The position numbers were made by a program, and so were the translations under genes. A DNA stretch of 64,000 bases, taken from NCBI GenBank assembly GCA_950097015.1, contig CATNEN010000001.1, positions 11,594,001 to 11,658,000 of the forward strand, given 5' to 3'. This document shows positions 36,801 through 46,541 of this stretch, piece after piece (within the stretch, counting starts at the first letter, position 1; each line of letters begins with the position of its first letter). The stretch comes from Macrostomum hystrix (taxonomy: Eukaryota; Animalia; Platyhelminthes). The notes beneath the pieces are model-generated. The model was not told the origin of the DNA, searched no databases, and saw nothing but the letters and a program-made list of their open reading frames with translations.

Positions 36801-39800
36801 TTGACGAAAATTACGACATCGCAAATTTGCAGCTACGGTTCAACAGAACACAATATACGCCCTTCGCAGACATCAAGTTAGATGAAATTACACCAGGATG
36901 GACAATCAACGATTTCCTACAGGCATTCATAAATCAGCGAAACTTGTTCAATGAACTGTTTGTACGAAGAAAAGAAAAAGAATCGTCAGCGGCACTACCT
37001 ATCATAATGACAGTGGACCAGGCAATACAATCGTTTTGGACAAATAGCTTTCTGGATTTGATCAATGGGAGAGGATCCCTGTATCAAGGATTCATCTTCT
37101 ACAGCGCCTGCATCGTCTGGATGGTCGTAATCATCTTTGTCATCAGCCTAATAATGCGCTGTTTCTTCAAGCTATTACCGCAAAGAAAGAGTATAAACGC
37201 TATCATTGGGAAGGATACACCAAAACAGGGAGAAGAAGACAACAACGAACAGACACAACAAACTGAAATAACAACAGGCAGAATATATCCGACAATTCCA
37301 CTGACACCGACAGCGCCTCCGACACATCCAATGCAGATGCCATACTGTCCAACAGGACAGCAGGAACCGACATGGCCACAAAATTACGTGTGCACGCTAA
37401 ATGCCAAACTAGGCAAAGCAATGGCACAAGTGATGATAAACAATGTACCATGCAAAGCACTGTTGGACTCAGGCAGTTCCATCACGGTAATCTCTAAGAA
37501 GTTGTGCAACCAGCTAAAACTAATAATGCGACCAACAACAATATCTGTTGCTGGAGCCGGAGGACATTCACTTAACATTCTCGGGAAAACCGACATTGAT
37601 CTGAAAATTGCCAACAAGAGCTTAACGGTACCAACATATGTACTTGGCGATACGCTACCCAACCAGGATGTCATCATTGGGATTGACACCTTCAAGCAAC
37701 TGCGACTACCATTAACATTTGATTTCCACAAGCAGACCTTCAAAATCGACACAGTTGAACAACCACTAGTGAATCAAATTGCATTTTTGCCTAAAGTAAG
37801 CTTAACGCACGAAGTCATCGTACAACCAGAGAGCTCATGCTGGATCAGAGCAGCGATTAATGGAAATCAACAGCTGGAAGAAGCTATGATCTTCGATCCA
37901 CAGAAAAAGTTATTAAATCGATTCGAAATCATGATTCCGACAGCACTAGTAATGGTTGGAGCCGATCGACAAGTTCCTGTTCAAGTGTTCAATCCAAACA
38001 GACAGCCAGTACACCTACGACAAAAAACTTGTCTAGGACACCTGAACACACAGGCATCAGTCATGCTAATCCAACAAACAGCACCAAAACTAACAAAGGA
38101 GCAATTTCAACATCAAATCAATTTGGATGACAGCCCAATAACAACAGAACAAAAAAAGAAAGTACGCACGCTACTATGGAAGTACAACGAAGCTTTTTGT
38201 CATCACAGTTACGACATTGGACTGGCCAAAGACATCAAGCAAACTATCAAGCTGTTACCGCACTCTGAGCCAATTCAATGTAAGGCTTATCCGATTGCTA
38301 AACACTTGCAGAAGTCCTTTGACGAAACAATTGAGAACATGCTAAAACATGGCATCATCAGTAAGGCAATCTCAGCTTACTCGTCACCATGTCTATTGGT
38401 ACAGAAGAAAGACACCAATGAAAGACGTTTAGTCTGTGATTTTCGACTACTCAACAAGTACATACCGACGGATCAACAAAGTCTACCAAAGATCTCTGAG
38501 TTGCTAGCTAAACTTAACACAGCACGTCTGTTCACAGTATTCGACTTGCGACATACAGCCATAGGTTCGTATGAGACAGAGATAGAGACATATGAAATAG
38601 CGGCGAATCAGGAACAGGCATCGGCAATGACAGAGACAGAATTTAGAGAAGCGATTAATCTGCAGGGAGCCGAGATAACAGCAGAGCAGAAAGAACAACT
38701 AAGAGAGATCCTCTGGGAGAACAAGGAAGCATTTTGTCTCTCAGATGAGGAGATAGGCTTTACAGAAATAGCGAAACACGAACTCCACATAAAACCGAAT
38801 GTGGAAGTGAAGCTGAATAAGAGATATCCGATTCCACACCAGCTTACAGGAGAACTGAAGAAGGTGATAGACAGAATGGAGATGCAGGGGATCCTCATGA
38901 AAGCACCGACACCGTATATTTCACCAATTCTCCTCGTTAAGAAAAAATCGGAGATGCCAGACGCCAAACCGGTGTATCGCCTGTGCGTGGACTTCAGGGA
39001 CTTAAACCGATTGTTGGTCCCCGAGAGACAGTGTATGCCCAGAATTCCAGATCTGCTGGCCAAACTCAAAGGATCAAAGTACTTCACGACTCTAGACATG
39101 GCCCAGGCATTCTTTCAAGTGGCCCTGCACGAGGACAGTAGAAAGTACTGCGGGATTTCTACACCAGACGGAGAAACGTTAGTCTTCTTAAGGGCGCCGA
39201 TGGGATTACAGTCGAGCCCTGCCGCTTTGTCTAGGGCTGCCAGCATCATCCTCAAAGGCATCGAGAGAGTCTCTACATACGTGGACGATTTGCTAGTATT
39301 CACGGAAACGTTCGAGCACCACCTCAAGACACTCAAAAGTACCTTGGAAGCCTTGAAAAAGCACGGATTAAAGCTGAAACTCCAGAAATGTCGATTCGCG
39401 CAACCCAGCATTACCTTCCTGGGACACAAGATCGACCAGAACGGCATCCAGATAGATCGCACTCTAGTGGACAAGGTACAGAAGGTAACCAAACCTGATA
39501 ATGTTACTCAGTTAAGAGCATTCCTCGGACTGTGTAATTTCTTTAGGAAGCATGTCCCACATTATGCTAAGAAAGTACAACCGCTAACGGATATGCTCAA
39601 AGGGGCACCGACCTCAAAAGGACAAGCAACGAAGACCAACCTAAAGTGGACCGAGGAAGCGGACTACACTTTCGAGGCCATGAAGAAATGGATAGCCGAG
39701 GATCTCAGGCTAGCACATCCGGATTTCAACAAACAGTTCATAGTCTCGAGTGACGCCTCAACTAAAGGAATAGGAGCGATGCTTTCGCAGAAAGATGAGA

Positions 39801-41599
39801 TGGGACGGGAGAGACCGATAGCATTCACGAGTAGACAACTCAGAGATGCAGAAACGAGGTACGGAATCACTCATCTCGAACTTCTAGCAGTCTACCATGC
39901 ATTCAGAAACTTCGAACAGTTCTTATACGCCGCTCCCATACCTACACTACTGAGAGTAGATCACGCCCCACTCAGAGGCTTACTCACAGGCAGAATACTG
40001 CAGAACAACCAAATTTTGCGTTGGTTACTATACTTACAGCAATTTCAGATACAGATCGAATATGTACCTGGAGCATCAGTCACGCATGCAGTACCGGACG
40101 CACTCTCGAGATTATACGACGAGAAACCAATGGAACAAATCAATTATGTCACAATATCACATCCAATCCCACACCTACAAGCACTCAAGGACGCCCAGGC
40201 GGAAGACCCGTTTTGCCAGCAAATCCGAGCAATGTGGAACGGAGAATCCGCAGTAGAATCACTGGCTCCGAAGTACAGACGCCACATCGATAGACACCTG
40301 GCGGACTACGCGGAGATTGGAGGCGTTCTACACAGAACAGCGGATCAAACACAGCAGATCATCCTACCGTTTCAGTATCGTGAGACCATTTGCCACTCAC
40401 TACACGCATTGCCATTAGCGGCACATCTAGGATTCGAGAAAACCTTGGAGAGAATCCGTAGACACTACTTTTGGATCACCATGGTATCCGACATCCGAGG
40501 ATTCTGTAACAACTGCATAGAGTGCGCCAAGAATAAATCAGGAAAAACCCATAAGGGACTGATCCAGTTTTCAGAGGTCCCAATGCGACCAATGGACAAA
40601 TTGTCGGTTGACATAGTGGGTCCAATGGTGCCCACTAAAGTGAGAAATGAAACAGTAACACACATTCTCACAATCCTTTGTTGTTTTTCGAAATTTGCAT
40701 TCGCCATTCCGATCCCAGATCTTACAGCTGAAACGACGGCCGAGACACTATTCACAGTGCTCTGTACTTTTGGGATCCCGATGGAGATGTCCACGGACAA
40801 TGGAAAGAACTTCACAGCAACTCTACTAGCCGAAGCCTTAGAAATCCTGGGGATCAAACATATCTTGACATCCCCATATAACCCTCGAGCGAATCATGTG
40901 GAACGACTGCATTCGACACTCCACAACATGTTACGCCACTACACAGCCGAGAATCCGGACCAGTGGCACAAGTACCTGCAGGCAACGATGTTCGCCTACA
41001 ACACAGCAAAGCAAGCATCATCGACCTACTCTCCATTCGAGTTAGTCTTCGCCCGGAGACCTCTGATGCCCACTCAACTCACGACTCAGTTGAACTTGGT
41101 AAAGTACATGGACGAACCATCATTCGCAGCTAGGATGAAAGAAGCCGTCGTACTAGCCAGGGAAATAGCGAGACATCACCTGCAGATAGCTCAAGAGAAG
41201 AATACCGGAAAAGCTAACGCTAATCGCAAGCTGACTACATTGGAAGTAGGCAGCAGAGTTATGCTACAGATCCCCATGAGACAGGGAAAGCACCAGGCAA
41301 AATTTACAGGACCTTATGAGATTGTGAAGAGGAGCAGCCAGACTTCAGTCACAATCCGGAAAATCGACGACCCAAATCAAGAGTCCTTTCAAGTGCACAC
41401 CGACAGGCTGAAACCAATGGCCACGTCAACACCACATGTGATGCTTCCTGACCTCAGACCGAGCGACCCACAGCGCCACCAGCGACAGCCAAGGCAGCGA
41501 TTCACCAAGGAAGTGAGCGTGCAGGCAGAGGAGCTGGACGCGCAGGCGGACACAGCTCGGAAGAAATACAATCTGAGGAACAAAGTGAAACTTCCTTGA
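33821..41599 (+). CDS. Open Gag-Env-PR-(partial RT)-RT-RNase H-IN polyprotein; chimera of two elements joined near 38548
   Basis: Two CCHC knuckles; signal peptide ~35291-35353; Cys-rich ectodomain with RTKR (36284-36295); TM ~37088-37170; LLDSGS; duplicated RT N-terminus; YVDD; RNase H; HHCC/DDE integrase. Confidence 0.9.
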   Translation: MARRNPTVHRDIKETVGSYTMDKDFNTFVEHFELVAREYGLQNPEKAQLLPPLLQGTAREIYSKLDAATQQNYAALINQLRTQFNRCGTNRSVLLHKLHNRRMQPTETFLSFVDDIRQLVKALHQPQAPQEGDQPIGIAEQAARERQRRMDTEQSLILHVINNSNGSLKDRLLRENIDTEEALIRCGMQWEASAPLMTTNNTDIQQLSKQLNKLMQQQTAAMAVQQAPTRQRKENMTCYYCGKAGHYQAECRTKQRDQVRRRYNNRSSGNWQHRPTTQPQGNQRYNNNKPGMIRNSFRQNDRYIPKQPTQAPRRYTNVIQEDETQQKEESFSINALEMDFGLEKREQEPSESTINMIEEVVSTSRYQNTETEKTKLSNKKTDARNKPRCFYCHDFGHIIKHCRRKKNNDDQSNNKNCYLMKSQKWWQVKQHTLQQKQTSQEIDTKEINKKRHSLQQREGRREMEDDATNEQPPRREKPPEKIKTNVTCRPIWKTQLTIWLLLCGLLTVAKTTSVKQKPMICPTDAHIQPMIYKIPTDVKCSYFKSNQTKPVPITVQLYKANIKKHRQTGIVCFRDRHEVEKLWLVQWNRLRFWSYTTPVSKEECLLWNQTLYSKDGQLHPDTKVGEAQLYRTTNSAIGPYIHVTGYKRIYHATNSYLIRNVPFVHNPFEQMESLQLQLQNCQYGKGYCATKILINNEIDNLPLAPTYHQDYRWQIEHRSDSKYVTSYRTRQYFLAWEVQPDGDCKYQSYHTMKGNLLSNTFVSNTGDLALTFERKTKEIKLQCKKKNTSLYVSEQEVPIEIADKDKDTFLQIINGTFKVNDRTKRELELPSLVSNRLLAAKLTALDHNLHQQLNYLHRSLVQLTCRMHETSLNYARQNYYVNPTMTFRKITGLMDVLAIPVLGHLLIYKCTPIIHYNILPSNTSTTCYDKPRIEAFHGGKRIQGFLDTVQNIIVGTAIPRPCINTANYFNLEGSLHIIGASGNATNVTQPEVIIDENYDIANLQLRFNRTQYTPFADIKLDEITPGWTINDFLQAFINQRNLFNELFVRRKEKESSAALPIIMTVDQAIQSFWTNSFLDLINGRGSLYQGFIFYSACIVWMVVIIFVISLIMRCFFKLLPQRKSINAIIGKDTPKQGEEDNNEQTQQTEITTGRIYPTIPLTPTAPPTHPMQMPYCPTGQQEPTWPQNYVCTLNAKLGKAMAQVMINNVPCKALLDSGSSITVISKKLCNQLKLIMRPTTISVAGAGGHSLNILGKTDIDLKIANKSLTVPTYVLGDTLPNQDVIIGIDTFKQLRLPLTFDFHKQTFKIDTVEQPLVNQIAFLPKVSLTHEVIVQPESSCWIRAAINGNQQLEEAMIFDPQKKLLNRFEIMIPTALVMVGADRQVPVQVFNPNRQPVHLRQKTCLGHLNTQASVMLIQQTAPKLTKEQFQHQINLDDSPITTEQKKKVRTLLWKYNEAFCHHSYDIGLAKDIKQTIKLLPHSEPIQCKAYPIAKHLQKSFDETIENMLKHGIISKAISAYSSPCLLVQKKDTNERRLVCDFRLLNKYIPTDQQSLPKISELLAKLNTARLFTVFDLRHTAIGSYETEIETYEIAANQEQASAMTETEFREAINLQGAEITAEQKEQLREILWENKEAFCLSDEEIGFTEIAKHELHIKPNVEVKLNKRYPIPHQLTGELKKVIDRMEMQGILMKAPTPYISPILLVKKKSEMPDAKPVYRLCVDFRDLNRLLVPERQCMPRIPDLLAKLKGSKYFTTLDMAQAFFQVALHEDSRKYCGISTPDGETLVFLRAPMGLQSSPAALSRAASIILKGIERVSTYVDDLLVFTETFEHHLKTLKSTLEALKKHGLKLKLQKCRFAQPSITFLGHKIDQNGIQIDRTLVDKVQKVTKPDNVTQLRAFLGLCNFFRKHVPHYAKKVQPLTDMLKGAPTSKGQATKTNLKWTEEADYTFEAMKKWIAEDLRLAHPDFNKQFIVSSDASTKGIGAMLSQKDEMGRERPIAFTSRQLRDAETRYGITHLELLAVYHAFRNFEQFLYAAPIPTLLRVDHAPLRGLLTGRILQNNQILRWLLYLQQFQIQIEYVPGASVTHAVPDALSRLYDEKPMEQINYVTISHPIPHLQALKDAQAEDPFCQQIRAMWNGESAVESLAPKYRRHIDRHLADYAEIGGVLHRTADQTQQIILPFQYRETICHSLHALPLAAHLGFEKTLERIRRHYFWITMVSDIRGFCNNCIECAKNKSGKTHKGLIQFSEVPMRPMDKLSVDIVGPMVPTKVRNETVTHILTILCCFSKFAFAIPIPDLTAETTAETLFTVLCTFGIPMEMSTDNGKNFTATLLAEALEILGIKHILTSPYNPRANHVERLHSTLHNMLRHYTAENPDQWHKYLQATMFAYNTAKQASSTYSPFELVFARRPLMPTQLTTQLNLVKYMDEPSFAARMKEAVVLAREIARHHLQIAQEKNTGKANANRKLTTLEVGSRVMLQIPMRQGKHQAKFTGPYEIVKRSSQTSVTIRKIDDPNQESFQVHTDRLKPMATSTPHVMLPDLRPSDPQRHQRQPRQRFTKEVSVQAEELDAQADTARKKYNLRNKVKLP

Positions 41600-41768
41600 C
41601 AGCTGAGGTCAAGGAAGGGAGGAAGTAGACGGACAATTTTACATTTTAACTATTTATTACCTTGTTGGTGTGCGCTCTGATATTTAGAATCATATATTTT
41701 ATATTACTCTGCATCACTAGTCACCATTTATTCACCCACAAATATTCAACCCACCCTCGAACAATCAG

Positions 41769-42533
41769 ATGTATTCGACGGAGCTAGACACAGTGGATGA
41801 TTGCACCATCGATGAGCCGCTTACGACCTACACATTGGTCAAGCCATTGTTTGCATCGGCAGAACCAAGCACGGCAGTCGGGAAGGAGATGAACATTAGG
41901 AACAGCGCCGCCACTGAACAGCAACGGCGACATCTCCAAGCCCAATGGGAGATCAGAAGATCCAGAGACGGACTGCTGCAGTGCCCAACAGTGCTGAGAG
42001 AGAGCCACAGACGGGGAGAAAAAGACCTTTCATTTACGGAGCTGTACAACCTCATGGATAGACAGCCCATCCAGAGCAAGCCTAATCGGCACGGTGAGAT
42101 GAAACTATTTGACATTCACCTGGACATGCTGGATGCGCCACGAATCCCAGCTAACGTAGTAACACATCTGACCACAAAGCGCATCCTGGCTGAGGACAAT
42201 AACCCCATCTGGCTCCTCTCTGACTATAACATTCTACGTAACCGTACAACAATTTTCTTTCACTATGGAGAACAAGACGCCTTTACCTGCGTCATAATTA
42301 AGGCACTCTGCCGTACGCTATCCGTCAATCTGATCCACCCTTGGGGCCCGCAACCTAATGCGATATGTACTAAGTTATTTAATTACTTGTCCAATGCGTT
42401 GGTTTATCATGGAATTCAAAGTAGTTGCCGCGAAATGAAGATGCTAGTAGTTCGAACGTATTCGCCGGCGTTGCTACAGTGGCCACAGCTAAAGGCGGCA
42501 CTGGAAGCCTCGCAAGAGCCTACTCGTCAGTAA
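41769..42533 (+). CDS. Accessory ORF-X (254 aa), with a possible degenerate integrase-core-like C-terminal half
   Basis: Intact ORF after pol; N-terminal homolog at 22886; FT..IIKALC..L.V....P..PQPNA pattern. Confidence 0.65.
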   Translation: MYSTELDTVDDCTIDEPLTTYTLVKPLFASAEPSTAVGKEMNIRNSAATEQQRRHLQAQWEIRRSRDGLLQCPTVLRESHRRGEKDLSFTELYNLMDRQPIQSKPNRHGEMKLFDIHLDMLDAPRIPANVVTHLTTKRILAEDNNPIWLLSDYNILRNRTTIFFHYGEQDAFTCVIIKALCRTLSVNLIHPWGPQPNAICTKLFNYLSNALVYHGIQSSCREMKMLVVRTYSPALLQWPQLKAALEASQEPTRQ

Positions 42534-42540
42534 GAACGTA

Positions 42541-42754
42541 GGGACGCGAATGTAAGGGCATGAGGAGACACGAGAGCTGAGACACTGACACAATGTTAAG
42601 ACAGATGGGTCGTCTCGACCGGAAGTCCCATCATTGTGACACTCTCACTCAGGTGCAATCCTGAGGCTAGAACCAGTTTCACGGAAAGAACTTTGGGAAA
42701 GCGCCTCGCTACCTGAAGCATCGGACCAGTGAACTAGGGGAAGCCAGGCCCGTC
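42541..42754 (+). ncRNA. Candidate structured cis-RNA element (second copy 62168-62380)
   Basis: Several nested inverted repeats; near-identical between subfamilies whose flanks are diverged. Confidence 0.5.
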
Positions 42755-43027
42755 AATCAAAGTGAATTTAAGCTTAGAATAATAAAGAAGCACGAAGACA
42801 AGCTCTACTCAAATTCCATGATCCAACACTCAGTGTTTTATTCTACAAACTATCAATCAGCACTTTTGTTATTACATCCACTCTAACACGACAAGCAATT
42901 ACACATTAATCGTTAATAAAAGAAAGCCAACAATAATAAACACAACAAACCAACAGGCATACAGAGACACGAAAAAATAAAAATCAGCAAGAAGTTTAAG
43001 AAGTCATTAAAAACAATCAGAGGCCGG

Positions 43028-43283
43028 TCAAACAGTCATGGTGATGGACTCGGCCGGGGGGCCCCGACGTCGCCGGCAGCAAAGAAGTAGTATAATTAGG
43101 CCCAAGATTAATAGGACTAGGCTTCCAGCCCCGAGACCGCCAGATAGTCCACGTACAGTCAACATGCTGCCCTCAAGAGGCAGTGCGCGATACCTCCGCG
43201 GTTAGGCGAGCTTCAAGGCGACTGATTCGCGCCTCCAGAAAGGCCGAGAGCTCAGTGAGTTTAGTGAGTTCGTATCGCGACAT
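43028..43283 (-). pseudogene. Antisense small membrane protein, one frameshift near 43175
   Basis: Manual translation: MSRYELTKLTELSAFLEARISRLEARLTAEVSRTAS / LTVRGLSGGLGAGSLVLLILGLIILLLCCRRRRGPPAESITMTV*. Confidence 0.75.
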
Positions 43284-43991
43284 TAAAACATGCGAGTTAG
43301 CCGAGAACCAAAAAGGCGAAGACAGTCACTTTAGAATAAGCAGGGAACCCCAGGGAAAACATTGATATAGCCCAGCCTCAGAAGGCACGGGGACTCGAAA
43401 GTGAAATTTACAGCCACCTCTGCGCCGCGGGGAATGGACCCCAATGTACATCACGAGAGACGGAAAATAGCGCGGCTCATGCCGCCCCAAAACCCTCTGT
43501 GTGAGTTTAGCCCAAAGATATGACACCAGAACTTCAGAAGTCACAAATTGAAAAAGGATACTTTTAACGGCTGCCTCACTGGAAAAGGACATTAGCGACA
43601 TTGAACAAACAACATGACTGATAAGAAAAGAGACAACCAAATCAGAACGCTACATCATAAACACATGCCACTTTGCTATAACCATTACAACACTATGAAT
43701 TAAGTCATGTCATTGTCTTAAGAGTCCCAGAAATGTTATTATTCACTTGAAATCTCAAGGAACGTATATTCGCAATCAATACATCGTATTTTGGTTTCGG
43801 TTTGTGGAAAACCTCATAACTTCTCTCTGTCTAACTTAATTTCAATGGAATTTAAATACTAATTATAATAGATAGGCAGTAGCAACAAGTACGCCAGAGA
43901 GAAATTAGGAGGACATTCAGGAAAATAAGCTGAGGGATGCAGTACATGTATAGGAAAATGACAAGTCTCGGACACTTTCACAGCAAGTACC

Positions 43992-44321
43992 ATGGCCGAT
44001 GAGGATTACAACCGCCGCCCAGGAGAAAAATTTGTCGATATTAACATCCGAGGACGGCCGGTGGTGAAGGTCGATGCGGTCACGCAGGTGACCGAAGAAG
44101 ACATCGACGGTGGCATAACAACCGCCACGTCCACGGCTGACCTCCAGGAGCCTTACCTGGAAGACCTCTATGCCACTAGGCAAGCACAAGGTATCTGGGA
44201 GGCCCAGGGCAACTATCAGCCCGAGCCGAAAACCAAACATCAGCCATGGCCAACACCGAGAGGCCTCCGGAAGTACTATCGGGAAAAGTACCCGGAACCG
44301 CCAAAGGATGAACAATTTTAA
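43992..44321 (+). CDS. ORF110 family protein
   Basis: Intact 109-aa homolog. Confidence 0.85.
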   Translation: MADEDYNRRPGEKFVDINIRGRPVVKVDAVTQVTEEDIDGGITTATSTADLQEPYLEDLYATRQAQGIWEAQGNYQPEPKTKHQPWPTPRGLRKYYREKYPEPPKDEQF

Positions 44322-44566
44322 TGATTCCCTATTAATTAACTTAACACTAAAACCACGCATACTCACACCATATTATTCACTATTTACAACAATGCTTAAA
44401 CGAATGAATTATACACTTACCCATTTACCCTCCTAATCCAATACTTTCAGATTTCAATGTCTTATATGTTCACAGACCTACTAGCAGTAGGCAGATTGGC
44501 AATGCGAGGAAGGCAATAGGCTGCATCTCCCTTGACCAGTCAAGGATTTCTTCAAAAGGGGGATGA

Positions 44567-45520
44567 TATAAGATTTAGAAATCTGAAGGGAATTTAAGAG
44601 TTCGTCAGCGGGAAGCGAAAGCAAAAAATAGCAACAGCAGAAAGTGCGAGCAACCGAAAGGAGAATGATTAGACAAAATCCGCCCCCAGAGATCAACTAT
44701 TCATTTCAGCGCAGGCCCGGTTCGGCATGACAGCAGCTGTGCCGACGTGGAGCTGGCTGAGACCGGATCCGCAGAGGCGCTGACGTGGAGCTGCCGGAGA
44801 CCGGATCCGCAGCTGTGCTGACGTGGAATGGCCCGAGACCGGAACGCAGCTGTGCTGACGTGGAGCTCCCGGAATCAACCCGGCCTACCCCGACCTGCAG
44901 CTGCCTGCATCGACCCAGCCCAGTCTGAAATTGGAGCCGCCCGGACCCGATCGGGAACGAGATCTGGAGGAGGCCGGAACCGCACAAGAAGACTGGATCG
45001 ATGAAGGGAAAGGGGATAATGAACAGTAGGAAAGAGGTCTCAGTAGAATTGGGAACGCATCCTAACTCAACTAAGGCGTTTTTCTCCACCTCCCATAGAA
45101 AAGGGGTTGGCGTGCCTGCCAACCAACTAGTTTAATGACAACAACTGTACTAGACTCGAGGCTGCGACCTCACTCACCCCAAATTCTCATGCGTACTGTT
45201 GCTATGGTATTTTCTTCCCCTCGGATCGAGGGTTTTAAAGACATTATATATATCGGAGCGGAGCGCGGAAAAAGATTCGCCGCTCCAGTTAGTTATAGAC
45301 TCACTTCGAGTTCCGTTTAGATAAACTAGAAAATCATTGTGTTTGTGTTATTTCTTGAGTAAAATCTAAGATAAAGATCCCGAGAGATCATCACAGCCAG
45401 CTAGTATACTGAGTGTCGATAGTCGTTAGGAGTTATAGCCTTCAAGACATCTAGACTGCAATAATCCGCTAGACCAGTTATACAAAACTATAAGTAAAGA
45501 CAAGAGACATCAACGCTATA
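44567..45520 (+). repeat. 3' LTR (TATA...TATA)
   Basis: PPT, TATAAGAT start, CGCTATA end. Confidence 0.9.
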
Positions 45521-46014
45521 AGTGCCCCGGGCCATATTCGAGACCTAAAGTACAATGCCACACAGATCACATGCCAGAGTGGACTAAACCAACCATTGCC
45601 TCAGTAAACAAAGATAGGACACAGACAACAAACACACTAGAGTCAAGAATTCAGCTTGCCAAGAGTGAACGAAACAGCCAAATCAGAACACACTACATCA
45701 TAACCACATGACACATTGCTATAACCATTACAACACTGTGAATTAAGTCATTTTATTGTCCTGAGAGTCCCAGAAATGTTATTATTCACTTGAGATCTCA
45801 AGGAACGTATATTCGCTATCAATACAACGTATTTCGGTTTCGGTTTCTTTAAAAACCTCATAACTTATTTCTGTTAAACTCAATTTCAATTGAATTTAAA
45901 CATTAACTACAATAGATAGGCAGTAGCAACAAGTACGCCACAGAGAACTTGGGATTAAAAGACAAAAATATAACATTCAAACCGGAATCCGAAACATAAT
46001 CCTAATTTCTAGCA

Positions 46015-46320
46015 ATGAACACAGTCAACATCCCACTCATCGGGACCATGCGAACTCAACAGTCCGTCATCCACCAGACGGAGATGAACAACCTCAGGTG
46101 GGCCCGGCTGGTGGGAATATTAACGGAGCTAGAGAGGTTCGTGGAGGAAAGTTGGCCCGACGACACACCATCGGCCACAAGGCGTCGGGGCTATTGGATG
46201 AAATGCGTCATCCGTAGCGCCGCTCGCCAAGCCAAGGCTTGGGCGTCGGGGCGACTGGCATGGTGGCGCAACCGACTCCAATATCAAGTTGAAGCCTGGC
46301 GCAGCATACAGGACGTTTAA
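46015..46320 (+). CDS. 101-aa Trp/Arg-rich orphan ORF in the accessory slot
   Basis: ATG-to-stop GC-richer ORF in AT-rich flanks, placed after the conserved GTAGCAACAAGTACGCCA motif; single copy. Confidence 0.5.
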   Translation: MNTVNIPLIGTMRTQQSVIHQTEMNNLRWARLVGILTELERFVEESWPDDTPSATRRRGYWMKCVIRSAARQAKAWASGRLAWWRNRLQYQVEAWRSIQDV

Positions 46321-46541
46321 ATAATGAAAAAAAAACTAACTGGCCATATTTATTAAATTACTCTAATATATCATATCCAGTAGGGATTAAATAAAGGGAT
46401 CAATCTTAGATTTCACCGTTTTATATATTCACAGACTCATTAGCAGTAGACAAATCAGCAATTCGAGGAAGACCTGAAGAATAACCTAAGGAAGAATGAA
46501 AACACATAGGAAAGCTACATATCTTGGACACCCTTCCAGCA

